Of a stretch of DNA of 64,000 nt, positions 27,480-38,649 are shown in pieces. This DNA is from Convolutriloba macropyga (taxonomy: Eukaryota). Position 1 is the stretch's first letter, and every line of letters starts with the position of its first letter. A program made the position numbers and the translations under genes. The DNA lies in assembly GCF_964194025.1 (NCBI RefSeq), contig NC_134470.1:31992001-32056000 (forward strand). The letters run 5' to 3'. A model generated the notes under the pieces. That model was not told the DNA's origin and did not search any database. It saw only the letters and a list, made by a program, of their open reading frames with translations.

Positions 27480-28096
27480 TGTTAGAATATCGATCAAACT
27501 ATAGTCTTAAACTTAGTGAGAATTAGAAAGAAAGATGACTTACCAGATTAGAAAGACAGAAGCAAATTGATTCTAATCAGAGAATTTATATAAATTAATC
27601 GTCAAGAAATGGTGCTTAGAATCAATATTCGGTTCAAATTGGTGAATCTAGACAACTAATATTAGAGTGAGATTATTTGATGTAAAATCTTCCCAGCATG
27701 TATTGAATGATTATGATACCACCGGAAATGTGAACGAATTCTTAGAAAAGTGTAAATGCGTACCATCTAGTATCCCCTGCAACTGATTTCTGGGAAATTT
27801 GCAGAAGCAAACCATATTGGGTAACCCTTGCGACCCCCACTGTAAATCATGGTGCTAAGATTAGTTTTGTATCTTGACTTTCTCGCACTGATAATGGGTA
27901 CATATACAGCTGATTTTTGAGCCTTTTTTATCCCCAAAATCAAATCACCATCTTGAACTAATAATCAGATCTCTCCTGTAAATCTCTAAATTCTACTGTA
28001 AAATATCCTTCTTGTTATTCTCTCATTTTGAGAAATTAATTTTTCTACTTATCTAAAAACGCTTTCATTCCGCTTGCGAAAACCCATAACCCAACA
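27480..28096 (+). repeat. Copia 3' LTR (617 bp), preceded by PPT GAGTGGGGG (27471-27479)
   Basis: Direct repeat of the 5' LTR, followed by TSD CTATC. Confidence 0.95.
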
Positions 28097-28720
28097 CTAT
28101 CAAAACAACCGTAAAACTATAACTTTAGTCAGAAACGACGTCTTAGACAACAGAGAAGTTTAAAAAAAAACAAAAACACTTGAAAAAGTAGAAAATAACA
28201 AAAACCAGAAAACCTTAAAGCCTCTTCGAGTCTTAAAAAGGAGTGCGCCTTCATAAAAGCTGTTGAGAGGCTGATGGCGGCTATTAATCAAAAATATCTA
28301 ATACCAAAAATATTTCAAGCATTAATTAACTGCAGGAAGTGAATATAACTTGCACTTGACAAAACAATCAAGGAAATCTTCTTTAAAGTGCATAGATTAA
28401 ATCGCCCAGCACAACGTCAAGGACATTTCTATTTCTCCATTCAGAAAGAGATATTGAGGTGATCAGATCGCGGTAACAGCAACTTTCTCTCCTATTAAAT
28501 CGTCGCTTTCCTTGAAAATGGCCATTGAGCTATGCTTTACAGAATTTTCTAAACGATTGAATTACAATATGTGCATAAGAAACAGGAAATCGGAGGTTAG
28601 TGGTATACTGCCGCCAAAACTCCTTTGCGGACACCTTTGAGGAGTTACCAAGCAACCACTTACTTTTTTAATCGAAGATTTCCGAAATCAGTAGATTCTT
28701 TAGTCTAAATTTTAACTAAC

Positions 28721-30153
28721 CTTCTAGCTTGATTGGTAGGAGCAACCAGAATGTCCAAGTCTAGGACACAAAATTTATTGAAGTTGTACGCGAAACTGTC
28801 GCACGATGAGCAAAACATAGTCTCGGCCTGCTGACCTTCAAAATTACTCAATACAATTGAGGTTCCACCTTGTTTGGCTTGTTCTAGCATCCACTGAGCC
28901 ATTGAAAGCTTTCCCAGAATGAAGTAATAATCAGCTGAAAATATCCCATCTTCGCATTGTTCCATATCCTGCCAACATTGCCTGGCTACTGATTCCAACT
29001 CAACCCTCGATTGCTTCCAGCTGTGATCGTTTTCTTCCAGTCTCTTTCGAGTCGAGACTGAAACTTTGGCTAAAATTTGCTTCAAAAGCGAGTCATACGG
29101 AATTTGCAGTTGAACTTTCGTTTCATCATCAACTTTGTCAAAATGTAAACTACTTTGTAAAGTGTTGAACAAAAACTGAAGAGTAAATTGCCGAGAGAAA
29201 TTCGAATGATTGAACATTTCGTTCATGAGTTTACTCAAACTTTGTTGCTTATCGGAAGATCCTAACGCAGTTACTACTTTACCCAAAGTGACTTTAAGGA
29301 CTTCACGAAACTGTTCGCTCTTATCAAAACTCGATTCATTGTTGTTGTTCTCACCCCCGTTATTCAGGAAATTGGGGTCTAAGTTAGTAGCACTAATTAT
29401 CAGTAAGGATGATTTTATGGCACTAATGGTTGCTTGAGTTTGCAAGGATATTTTCTTTTCTATCTCTGGTGGATATAACCAGTTTTCCAAACTGCGTCTT
29501 AAATTGTCCCAATAAAATGACAAAAATTCGTATAAACATAAGGCTGTCTTTTCCAAGAAATAATGAAAAACTGTCAAATAATACATCAGTTTTAATTGCA
29601 ATGGCGATGTTTCATTTTCTTCTGGCAGTCCAGAACTCGATCTTCGATTGTAGGGTGTTGAAGTCGCTGTGAAAATGTTCCTTTTGAACGAATCAAATGG
29701 AGTTACGTTTCTTTCACTTGAATCACCCCTCGAAATTTTTGGAGTGCTTCGAGATGATATTTCTCTGTCAAATAAAAGAGCATTCGGTATTGAGCTAACT
29801 CTGGGTCTGCTTCTAACAGCTGAGGTCTTGGCAAGAGGGGATCGAAACGACACGTTTCCAGGAATTTTACATGAACAGACATCTTCGTTCAAGCAATTAT
29901 TGCACGCATCGTTGCCACTCGGCCACGAGTACTGTGTGAACAGATAGGTCAATGACGTCATCAAAAACAACAAGTAAGGCGCATGATCAAAACAAAAGTA
30001 CAAAATAGTAATGAAAGATAACACGTAGGTTTCTTTCTTCCATAGCGATCTTTTAGCAGCTATGTCGTCATACACGACTGACTTCAAAAATTGCTTGAAT
30101 ATACCATCCACAAACATGAATGAGAAAGCGTCCACAATGATTGCTCTTAGCAT
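28721..30153 (-). CDS. USP-family protein, first coding exon (hydrophobic N-terminus, degenerate Cys box, finger CxxC)
   Basis: Long ORF; likely ATG at 30153, 9 nt after a TTTCAG acceptor; ends in USP box NFEGQQAETMFCSSC...FCVLDLDI; donor GTTAGT from 28720 in phase 2 matches the exon at 17688; spliced CDS 2154 nt = 717 aa plus stop. Confidence 0.78.
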
Positions 30154-30162
30154 TCTAACAAT

Positions 30163-30264
30163 CTGAAACCAAACACGGGCAATTAGTTTTAAAATCAACA
30201 AATAAGTGGAAAAAAACCTCAAATGTATCAGCTATCACCATGTTCACAAAATGATAGTACTTAC
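30163..30264 (-). other. Putative 102-nt 5'UTR intron of the USP-like gene
   Basis: GTAAGT at 30264-30259 and TTTCAG ending at 30163. Confidence 0.45.
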
Positions 30265-31742
30265 TAAAGTTCAAACTGACAGTTTCGACAGTTGAGATAA
30301 CCAGCATCAATGCTGTCATGGAAAAAAACAGGCCATCAGGTCGCAGGAAAATAGCTCCGATTGATCTATTTGCTCAATAATGATTGTTAAAACACAGGTC
30401 AAGAAAAGAAACCGAAAGCCTGTTTCTGCTTCCGAAAGATGCGTTACGTCTCATGCACTCAACGAGATTTTGCATACATTTAAATTTCAGAGGCCATGTC
30501 TATCAGTGAGGTACTTATGTCACTTATGATGGAAGAAATAACTCAAACGAAGTCTAGCAAACACCCTCAAACATGCGATTGTTATAGCAAGGCAATTTTC
30601 ATTTCGAAACGGATAGAGTCATATAGTTTCCTGACTGAAAAGCAGCGGCAGGGAAAGCATTGTTTTGGAAAGGAACCTTTGGAAAGGATACCATAACAAT
30701 TTAAAACTCTTCGGTCAAATATAAACGAGTAGGCATTTCACTTGTTTGCATTTCACAGGATTTGTTCTGACACTTAAAAAATCGCCGCTACAATACTTAA
30801 ACAAATTTGGTTCCTATGTACAATAAGTAGGGGTAAAATATTCTTTTCCACAAACGTCCTGCCAGAAAAAAAGCTGTGAACATATATTGTTATGTTCATT
30901 ATCGAAGAAATGAGAGGTTAGGCACAAGAAACCTAGGTAAGGCAAATATACCAATTTCATTTTCCGGGAACCGAGAAGCAGCTAAAAACTCATTGTGCAT
31001 CTGAAATGCAGCTTTGAATTGCTTATTACAGAAGGTAACAAGAGACAGACTAGCGTCATTAAATACTGGCCAGCAAACTAAATTACGGCTCTCAACCGTT
31101 TTCGTTTTTACAAGCTAAATTTTAACAAGACGGCTCGTGCAATTCTGTGCGGTGCACAGCAAGTTCTATAAGCCGACCCAACAAAAATTCAAGTATTTGT
31201 TTCTGCTCATAAGATCAATAGAAAGGTTCACGAAAGGCAATTATGCTACGAAAGTGGTCTAGAATTCTCTTAAAAAAACACAAACAGGTAAAAAACTTTC
31301 AAAATAGATCTTATTTTCCCCAATTTTCTTAACAAAAACAAAAAGCCCACCAAAAACGAATCAAATAAAACCCAAGCGAATCCACAAGAAATTCTAATTA
31401 CAGCCACGAAAAGTCATCGCAGACTTAAAAAAATAAAAACTGTTATTATAAAACATTTAAAATAGAAAAATTTTGAAAGCTCAAAAATGGGTCTTGAAGT
31501 CTAATAATCTAAAATTTTTAAAAACGCCACAAACCGTACAAATTCTTAAGAACCTAAGAAGCTCTTAAAAAATTTGAGCTGAAAATTTAAACTAGCGTCG
31601 GAAGAATTGCTCTCGAACGACTAGGAGTGCTGGAATCTATTGCAGCCTGCTTCCATCGCGTGGGGGAGGTGACTAAATGCACTAAGGGCGCTTCACATGA
31701 CGTTATTAGAGGTTATTATATACCACTATACCATTGAAGTTT

Positions 31743-31893
31743 GGATCTATTCTGCACCCCCAAGTTTAGTGGGCATTTAACTTTTACGCCCCGCTGGCGC
31801 ACTTGCTATTGTTTAGATAGTAGCATGATATAACAACAGGTATGGTATTGCTATTTGGTTGCAAAAAAACTGGGGCTTGAACAGAATAGGGCT
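31743..31893. mobile_element. Small MITE-like element
   Basis: Imperfect terminal inverted repeats CTATTCTG..CCCC / GGGG..CAGAATAG; size and start resemble 59927-60082. Confidence 0.3.
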
Positions 31894-34800
31894 AAAAAAT
31901 TTTGCTTGCTAAGCGAACATTTTGTTGCACGTTCTTTACTCACTCTCTCTTAAAAACTAATGAATGACCAAAAACAAATTTTTTGCTTTCTCTTTGCTTG
32001 TGACTTTTGATCAGTAGATTAAACTAAATACTTGTTTTCACGTGAGGCATTGATTTTTTATATGGATAATTTAGAGCTATTCAGAGCTTTTCTAGAGCTA
32101 TATATTTATAAATTTATAGAGCTATATCAACGAAAATTATAATTAGAAACAATTTAAATTAGAAAATTAAAGGAACAATTAGAAGGTTGCGGAACTTTGT
32201 AAGATCGCAAAAGCGTCCATATTTTAAATCTATTTCCGCTCCAATTTTTCCCTAAGCTTAAAAAGATAAGTCAAGATTTTTAAAACCCCTTTTCAATCCT
32301 GAAAAAATAATACCTCTCATGTCTTTCTCAGATATACAATGCATTTGAGCAAAATTTGTAGAAAAAGAAACGAAAGCTGGTCTAGTATGAAGCTCCTTCT
32401 ATCTTGCATGAGGTCGCGACCACAAGATTCAGAATACACAATATACAGAATACTCAAACAAACGTTCCCAAAAATGAAGTAAACCGGAAAATTTGAGAAC
32501 AAGACGTTTGTGCTCAATAGTATGTTGCTTGACTCTTCGCTCACAAAATGATCAGTTGGAAACTTCAAAATAGAAAAACGCCCAATACTGGTATAATTTT
32601 TCAGATCCCATTTGTGGGGGGAACTAAATCAAATGGGTTTTTTGTTCAGTCAATTTTGGCCGATCGATATATTCATCGTAAAGAAATGTGAGTGGCATCG
32701 TTAAAAAGCTCGTCCAGCGTAGAATAATAGACGAAAGGCAATAAAAATGCTAGTTATGGTCTCATAAGGAATTGAATTCTAACTTAGAGCTGTTTTTAAA
32801 ACCTTTTCATCTTTTTTGTTTTGATTTCAAGTCACTTAGAGCTAATAATTTTTCATATCAAGATTCCGTTAAGGACAATTCTAATTTACAGTCAAACGAT
32901 TCCCAGGGAAAAATATTTCGTTTTGAAGGAATCGCTCAGTCTTTATATGGCTTCGACTCGTAATTTTTAATGAAAATTGGGTTTTCTTTTTGGAGATCTA
33001 ACGTTTTTTTTGTAATCCTATGGCATTATCGTCGGCTGCAATTGAAATAGGCTCTCTTAAGAGCATCAACTAAACCTATCTGGTGCTTTGAGTGGACAGC
33101 TAACGTCTGTTAAAACTTCAAATTTTTCGAAAAATTTTTTAACATTAACCCATCTTAAACTTATTTCTGTGTACATGTAAGTCAGTCTCAAAAATGACAG
33201 GACCACTTTATTTTCCACTGCTGACAAAAACTAAAATGGTTAGAGGTTTTATCTTCTAACCATTGATTCTATGACTTCGATGCCACGAGTTTTATAGATC
33301 TTAAAATTTTTGGATATTTCCCAAACTTTTGGTTCCTTTTGAAACCTTATCATAATATCCTAATAATGACAGTTGCCATTAGCTTAGAGAAGGAGTTCAT
33401 TTGATAACAAATAAGAACTTCAGAGAAAAACTTATGGTTTAAATGGCTTAGACACATTCTTCTTTCACTTCTCCACTGAATTTTTGTTTTTGACTGTATT
33501 TGTTGTCGTTTTCATAGTCAAAAGACTTATTGATGACTTAGGACTGAAAGATACCATTGCCTTCCCATGGAGGCAGAACTTAGCGTATTTATTGATTTCC
33601 ATTGAAAGCCATTTAATTTAATGGGTTTGAAACTACGGGTTTTCACAAAAACTTCGTGGCGTTAATATAAGTGTTCATATTCGTTGTTTTTTAAGACATT
33701 TTGTTACAAAAAACAACTCCACTCTGTTAAAAGATTAATTGAAACTAAAATTTTTACCGATTCATTTTTAATGGCTTCGACAATTTTCTCACTCATTTTT
33801 TTTGTATTTGCTGTTTTTGCGTTTTTGAGTTCTTTATGTAGTCGTGATTTTTTTTCGAAATGCTGAACGTTCTCATAAGCTTATAACTGACAATTGGATT
33901 AACTTATTCAATGCTGTCTGTATTTAGTGAATGGTGTTACCAATAAAAAAAAATCAGTTTTTGTTGTTCTTTTCGTCGCCTTCCTTGTAAATCAAAACTC
34001 AACGTGTTTATTGATGTTCGCTCGTAACTGTTGTTTTGTTTTTTCGAAAATATGCGTTTTCATAAAAGTTTGAGTGGGCAATATTTGTGTTTCGCTTTGT
34101 CTTCTTTTAAGAAATTCGCGTAACAACATATCCCAATAAGGCCCAGGTTAACATATTTTACTGTTTACTGTTCGGTATAATTTTAACCGCATTAGTATAT
34201 ATAACAATCGAAAAAAAAACATAACATTCAGATAATAGCTAATGATTTTATTACCTAAATAATTTGTGCTTTCGAATTTTTTTTTTCAGTTATTCTGCAC
34301 ATTTAGTCCACTTCCATGACTTAGTCCAACCAAAGACAGCTCCTATTGGTTTCCTAATGACGTTTAAGTAGAATTGTCTGGAATTTTGTCATTAAAAGCT
34401 ACTGGTTTTTACGACGTTTGAAAATTTTGCTTTAAAAAAGTTAATTTCTTTTTGAATTTCGCTTCATTACTTCTTCTTTTTGGCGACTTGTTACCTAGTC
34501 TCATTAGAAGAAAAGTCCCATCTGCTTTGTAATTAGAAAAAGTAAAATTTGTGTAGTTAGGGTTTTGTCTGATTCTAATTTGACGTTGTTCCTAGGCGCT
34601 TTTTAAAGTTAGATATTGCATTTTTGCCGTGAAAAGAAAGTTTGTGCTTTTGCTTGTTTTTTTTTCTTCTCGTAGTCTTATTAATGGTAGATCTCGAGAG
34701 CGCTCTAATAAGGCATTACAATATGTAATTCAACCAGTAGTTTGGGTGTGTAACAATTTCTTTAAACTCAAACATCTATTTTTGATTATCTCTTCATTTG

Positions 34801-35173
34801 GTTGACAATTAAGTCAAAAATGTAGATGTGCTCGAGTCGGAACATCATGTGCGAACGCACATTAACGAGCCTCCTTGTTTCTTTCACTATTGAACTATGA
34901 TTGTGATCGAATAGCACGTTTCCTCTTTTATTAACAAACAGCTAGTTCATGGCAAGTCAACACTATACGTGAAGAAGAATGTAATTGGTCTTGACAATGG
35001 CTTTCGAGCTATCGTGTTTCTTAGCTGTTAAAATAAAACAACTCAACTTAACATGATCTAATTAAATGCATTTGTATTTACAGCAAACATAATTGAGACA
35101 TCGCGCATACAAACCATTGAAACCAGTTTGGGGAGGGCACTATTAAATCGTAAATCTTTAAAAGGATTGGTTA

Positions 35174-37930
35174 TTAATCCGAGTCTGAGCTTGAACTTGA
35201 CGAGGAACCAGAAGAAGAACCCGAAGATCCGGATGAAGAGGAACTACTGGAACCATCTGAGGAACTGCTTGAGGATGAGGATGATGAGGACGACGAAGAA
35301 CTGGAACTGCGAGATCTCCTTCGTTTCTTTGCAGGAACTTTTCTCTTTTTCGGCTTTGACTTCATTTTTGTAGCTTGAGTCTTGGCAGCGGCAATATTCT
35401 TCTTTTCTTTAGCTCTTCTCATCTGCTCCTCGATTTCCTTTTCTCTCTTTTTCCTAGCAATTCGAGCCGGATCATCTCGTTTTCGTTGCTCATCGCGGGC
35501 TAACTCTTTACCTTTCTCTCTATTTGCACGCGATGACTCAAGTTTGGCTCCTTTTCTAGTGTCCACTTCGGGCTTTCTTTTCAGTTCGCGAGACCGAGCA
35601 TTCGGCTCTACTTCTCGCCTGCTGCTATCTCTCAACTGCTCCTGTTTATGACGTTCAGATGTTGCCAACGGTTTCTTATCACTTCTAACTTTTTCAGTAG
35701 GTTTCTTTTGACGTTCTTCAGCTCGCTGAATCCTGGCCTTTTCTTCCGCTTTTCTCCGAGCTCTTTTCTCAGCTTCGATCCTCACTGGACTTCTACTGCG
35801 TGAATGTCTCTTTCTTTCAACATCTGTTTTGAGGACAGGTCTTTGAGGTCGCTTTACGGCTACTTTTGAAGCATCTGCAGATTTTGTGGCTTTTATTGTC
35901 TGAGTCTCAACATGCTTTTGAGGCTGAGGTTTCTTAGAAGACACTTCATTCAGATTATCAATTGGACCATCATTGGGCGATGGAACTTCGGGTGCATTTT
36001 GGGTTTTGATAGGTGAAGGTGCTTCATTTGTATTTGTTTCTCCAACGGGCTTTTGCTTAATCGGGATAAGATCCTCCTGGGTTTTGAAATTAGGCAAAGG
36101 ATCATCTTCTTTGTCACTAGCCAAGTCCAGGTCCTTTTCTGCTTCCTCGATATCATCTTTGAATAATTCTCTGGTATCGACAAATCCATCTGACCTAACT
36201 TTGAGCATCTCCATTTCTGTCTCGTCAGCTTCTCTCGCTCTCATTTTAGCCTCCAATCGTTTGATATTTCTCTCTGCATACTCGTTGACCATTTCAACTT
36301 TTAATATAGGCGCCTGCTTCAGTTGAACACTGGGGAGAATTTTGTTGCCGTTTCTTATAGTTTTCCTGTCCGGGCGTTTTTTCATTTTGATTTGTATCAG
36401 CTCATCGCTGTACATTTTAGTTTTCTTTTTAGCACGCACTGTCATTGGTAGGTCCTCGTCACTATCAGTTTGGCTTGCTTCTGCTTCGGAATCTTCCGAT
36501 TCGTCTTCAGATTCCGAGGATTCGCGACTACGTTCCACGACTCGACTTTCAACGACCGGAACATGTCGACGCTTCAATAAATCACGCACATCCTTTACTC
36601 TCAAATCGTCCAATACAGTTTCGTGGTCATCAAACGATCGTTTGTGTCCCAAACGGTGAAACACTGATGATCCTTTCATTGGCATTCGTCCATCACCAAA
36701 CTCGGTCAGATTGTTTTTCAAGATACCACGTCTCTTTAAATATCGCTCTTTATAAGAATTGCTAATGATTCCTGTCATATTTCCGAAATGAGGGTTTCCA
36801 TGGTTTTGATAATACTTACTTTTCAGCATGGCGTTTGATTCTTTCCGATCGTTTTCAACAGCATACCGGCACTGCATAATTGTAATCTGTCCATTAAAAA
36901 CCTTAACCGGGCCGAACCTCCAAATTGAGTTCAACTTTGACTGCGAACTATTCAAATTATCACGCTTGGGTGCGGATACATGTACCAGCTCATCTCCCAG
37001 TCTGAAGCAGTTTGGGGAATCTTCTGAGCTTAAATCGGGAGCTTCAGGGATTTCATCCAGGGGTACTTCACCATCTTCGACTTCACCCTCTTCCTCGCTT
37101 TCCTTGTCCTCATTTTCTTTCGAGCTTTCATCGCCTTCAGTTACAAACTCCTCGTTTTTATCCGTTGTCGCGGAATCATCTAATTTCTCCTTTCCAGCAG
37201 CTTGCTCTTTCACTGGTGACGCCAGTTTAATTGGCACTTTGTGGTACTCGGGCATCGAGGAGAAAAGATAATTTAGAAAGCAAGATGAGCACTCTTTTTC
37301 ACTGTCGTACACAATATTACAAGAATCGTCATCTATCCATTCTAGGCTTTCAGGAGGGTATGGTTTGAAATACTCAAATACTTGCTCTGTTGAAAAGTTA
37401 GAAACACCCTGAACAAATATAGCAGTTGTTCTCACTTTCGATTTCTTTTCGTCTGCAGTTTTCAACTGATATCGTTGCACTAAATCACTCTCAGGAGCTA
37501 TAATTTGTCCCCAAACATGACCAAAAGTTTTGGCGCGATCTTGTTTCCTTTTTAACTTTTCGGTGGCAGTTAAGTCCTTCTCTTCATTCAATAGCTTCTG
37601 AAGCTTTTCCTTTTCTATCGCCTCATCGGCAGTCTGTTTTTTGGTGGTGTCCTCTTCGTTTCTGATGTAATAATAAGGGTTCTGGTATCTCTTACGACGC
37701 TTAAATGGCCTTGTGATTTCAACTTCATCCCTTAGTCTGTCTTGATAAGGGATGTCTGAAGTTGCACCACAGTTTAACAGATCCATGAACACGACGTCAC
37801 TCAAATCTTCGTCATCATCTTGAGAGACGTTTGACTCCTTCTCCGGATTAGTTTTGTCCTCTAGGGGATGTAAAGGCAACGTGTTATCAACAGTAATCTT
37901 CAGCTTTGCTGTCTTTTCCTGGATAACCAT
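35174..37930 (-). CDS. NCBP3: Nuclear cap-binding protein subunit 3, intronless, 918 aa
   Basis: RRM-like AIFVQGVSNFSTEQVFEYFKPYPPESLEWIDDDSCNIVY and RYAVENDRK...KSKYYQNHGNPHFGNMTGIISNSYKERY are NCBP3 (C17orf85) signatures; KMYSDE motif; first ATG at 37930 after a TTTTTCAG acceptor. Confidence 0.88.
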   Translation of the reverse strand: MVIQEKTAKLKITVDNTLPLHPLEDKTNPEKESNVSQDDDEDLSDVVFMDLLNCGATSDIPYQDRLRDEVEITRPFKRRKRYQNPYYYIRNEEDTTKKQTADEAIEKEKLQKLLNEEKDLTATEKLKRKQDRAKTFGHVWGQIIAPESDLVQRYQLKTADEKKSKVRTTAIFVQGVSNFSTEQVFEYFKPYPPESLEWIDDDSCNIVYDSEKECSSCFLNYLFSSMPEYHKVPIKLASPVKEQAAGKEKLDDSATTDKNEEFVTEGDESSKENEDKESEEEGEVEDGEVPLDEIPEAPDLSSEDSPNCFRLGDELVHVSAPKRDNLNSSQSKLNSIWRFGPVKVFNGQITIMQCRYAVENDRKESNAMLKSKYYQNHGNPHFGNMTGIISNSYKERYLKRRGILKNNLTEFGDGRMPMKGSSVFHRLGHKRSFDDHETVLDDLRVKDVRDLLKRRHVPVVESRVVERSRESSESEDESEDSEAEASQTDSDEDLPMTVRAKKKTKMYSDELIQIKMKKRPDRKTIRNGNKILPSVQLKQAPILKVEMVNEYAERNIKRLEAKMRAREADETEMEMLKVRSDGFVDTRELFKDDIEEAEKDLDLASDKEDDPLPNFKTQEDLIPIKQKPVGETNTNEAPSPIKTQNAPEVPSPNDGPIDNLNEVSSKKPQPQKHVETQTIKATKSADASKVAVKRPQRPVLKTDVERKRHSRSRSPVRIEAEKRARRKAEEKARIQRAEERQKKPTEKVRSDKKPLATSERHKQEQLRDSSRREVEPNARSRELKRKPEVDTRKGAKLESSRANREKGKELARDEQRKRDDPARIARKKREKEIEEQMRRAKEKKNIAAAKTQATKMKSKPKKRKVPAKKRRRSRSSSSSSSSSSSSSSSSSDGSSSSSSSGSSGSSSGSSSSSSSDSD

Positions 37931-38649
37931 TGTGTCTGAAAAATTGAAGCAATGTAGCTGAAGTTGAGTCAAAGTCTATTTTGGTTCAAACAAATGTTCG
38001 ACCTAATCAAGATTTGGACCACTAAGGTAAAAAGATTTTAAGCTCCTTCTCGGAAACAAAAGTTAATCTTGCAAGCTTAACTATTGTTCCCGACTAAAGT
38101 TTTATAAGTGTTTTTAATCGCGTATTTTTTATTAACACTGTTTTTAGAAATGTGGCAAATGGCCTTGAGTTTAAAAAAAGTGCTTTCTACGATAATAGCT
38201 AGCAATTGATCCCTCTCACTTCTAAGCTATAGCTCAGATATGCGTCTCAATCTTTGAAATATAGTGGCTTCAAGACTTAACAAAGCTTGCCAAAAATTAG
38301 AGACTTATTGCAAAAAAACTGAAGTAAATCAAACATAAGCTGTCTTCTGCAAGACGGTAATTAGAGCCAAGCGTCAAATGGTTCAATTATTGGTGCAAGC
38401 TCTATCAATCGCCAACAAAAATCCAAATGAAAAACCGAAAAGAGCAGAATTGTACAGAAATCCACCCATCATTAGTTGACAGCTCATCTGTTCCTCGATT
38501 TCGCTTCATCTAATTCAAAGTTGTCAAAAAACATCTGTTGCACAAAATTAATCCAATGAATAGAAAGAGGAAACAAATTCATAATTTGGCACAACACGAC
38601 CAGAAAAACAAACCATAGAAATATTTAGGACATTAGCCTCCTTTTTTCT

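Larger units (their letters stand above)
22535..28096 (+). mobile_element. Full-length, decayed Ty1/Copia LTR retrotransposon, antisense within the USP-like gene intron
   Basis: TG...CA LTRs at 22535-23155 and 27480-28096; 5-bp TSD CTATC (22530-22534 and 28097-28101); PBS and PPT present; domain order gag-PR-IN-RT-RNaseH. Confidence 0.97.

Noticed and set aside
30154-30222. TTG-initiated extension of the USP-like ORF (likewise 37931-37972 for NCBP3 and 54406-54432 for presenilin)
   Set aside because: These run through pyrimidine tracts and acceptor sites, so they are most likely not translated.
35128-37271. Plus-strand ORFs overlapping NCBP3
   Set aside because: Antisense shadows of a low-complexity coding sequence.
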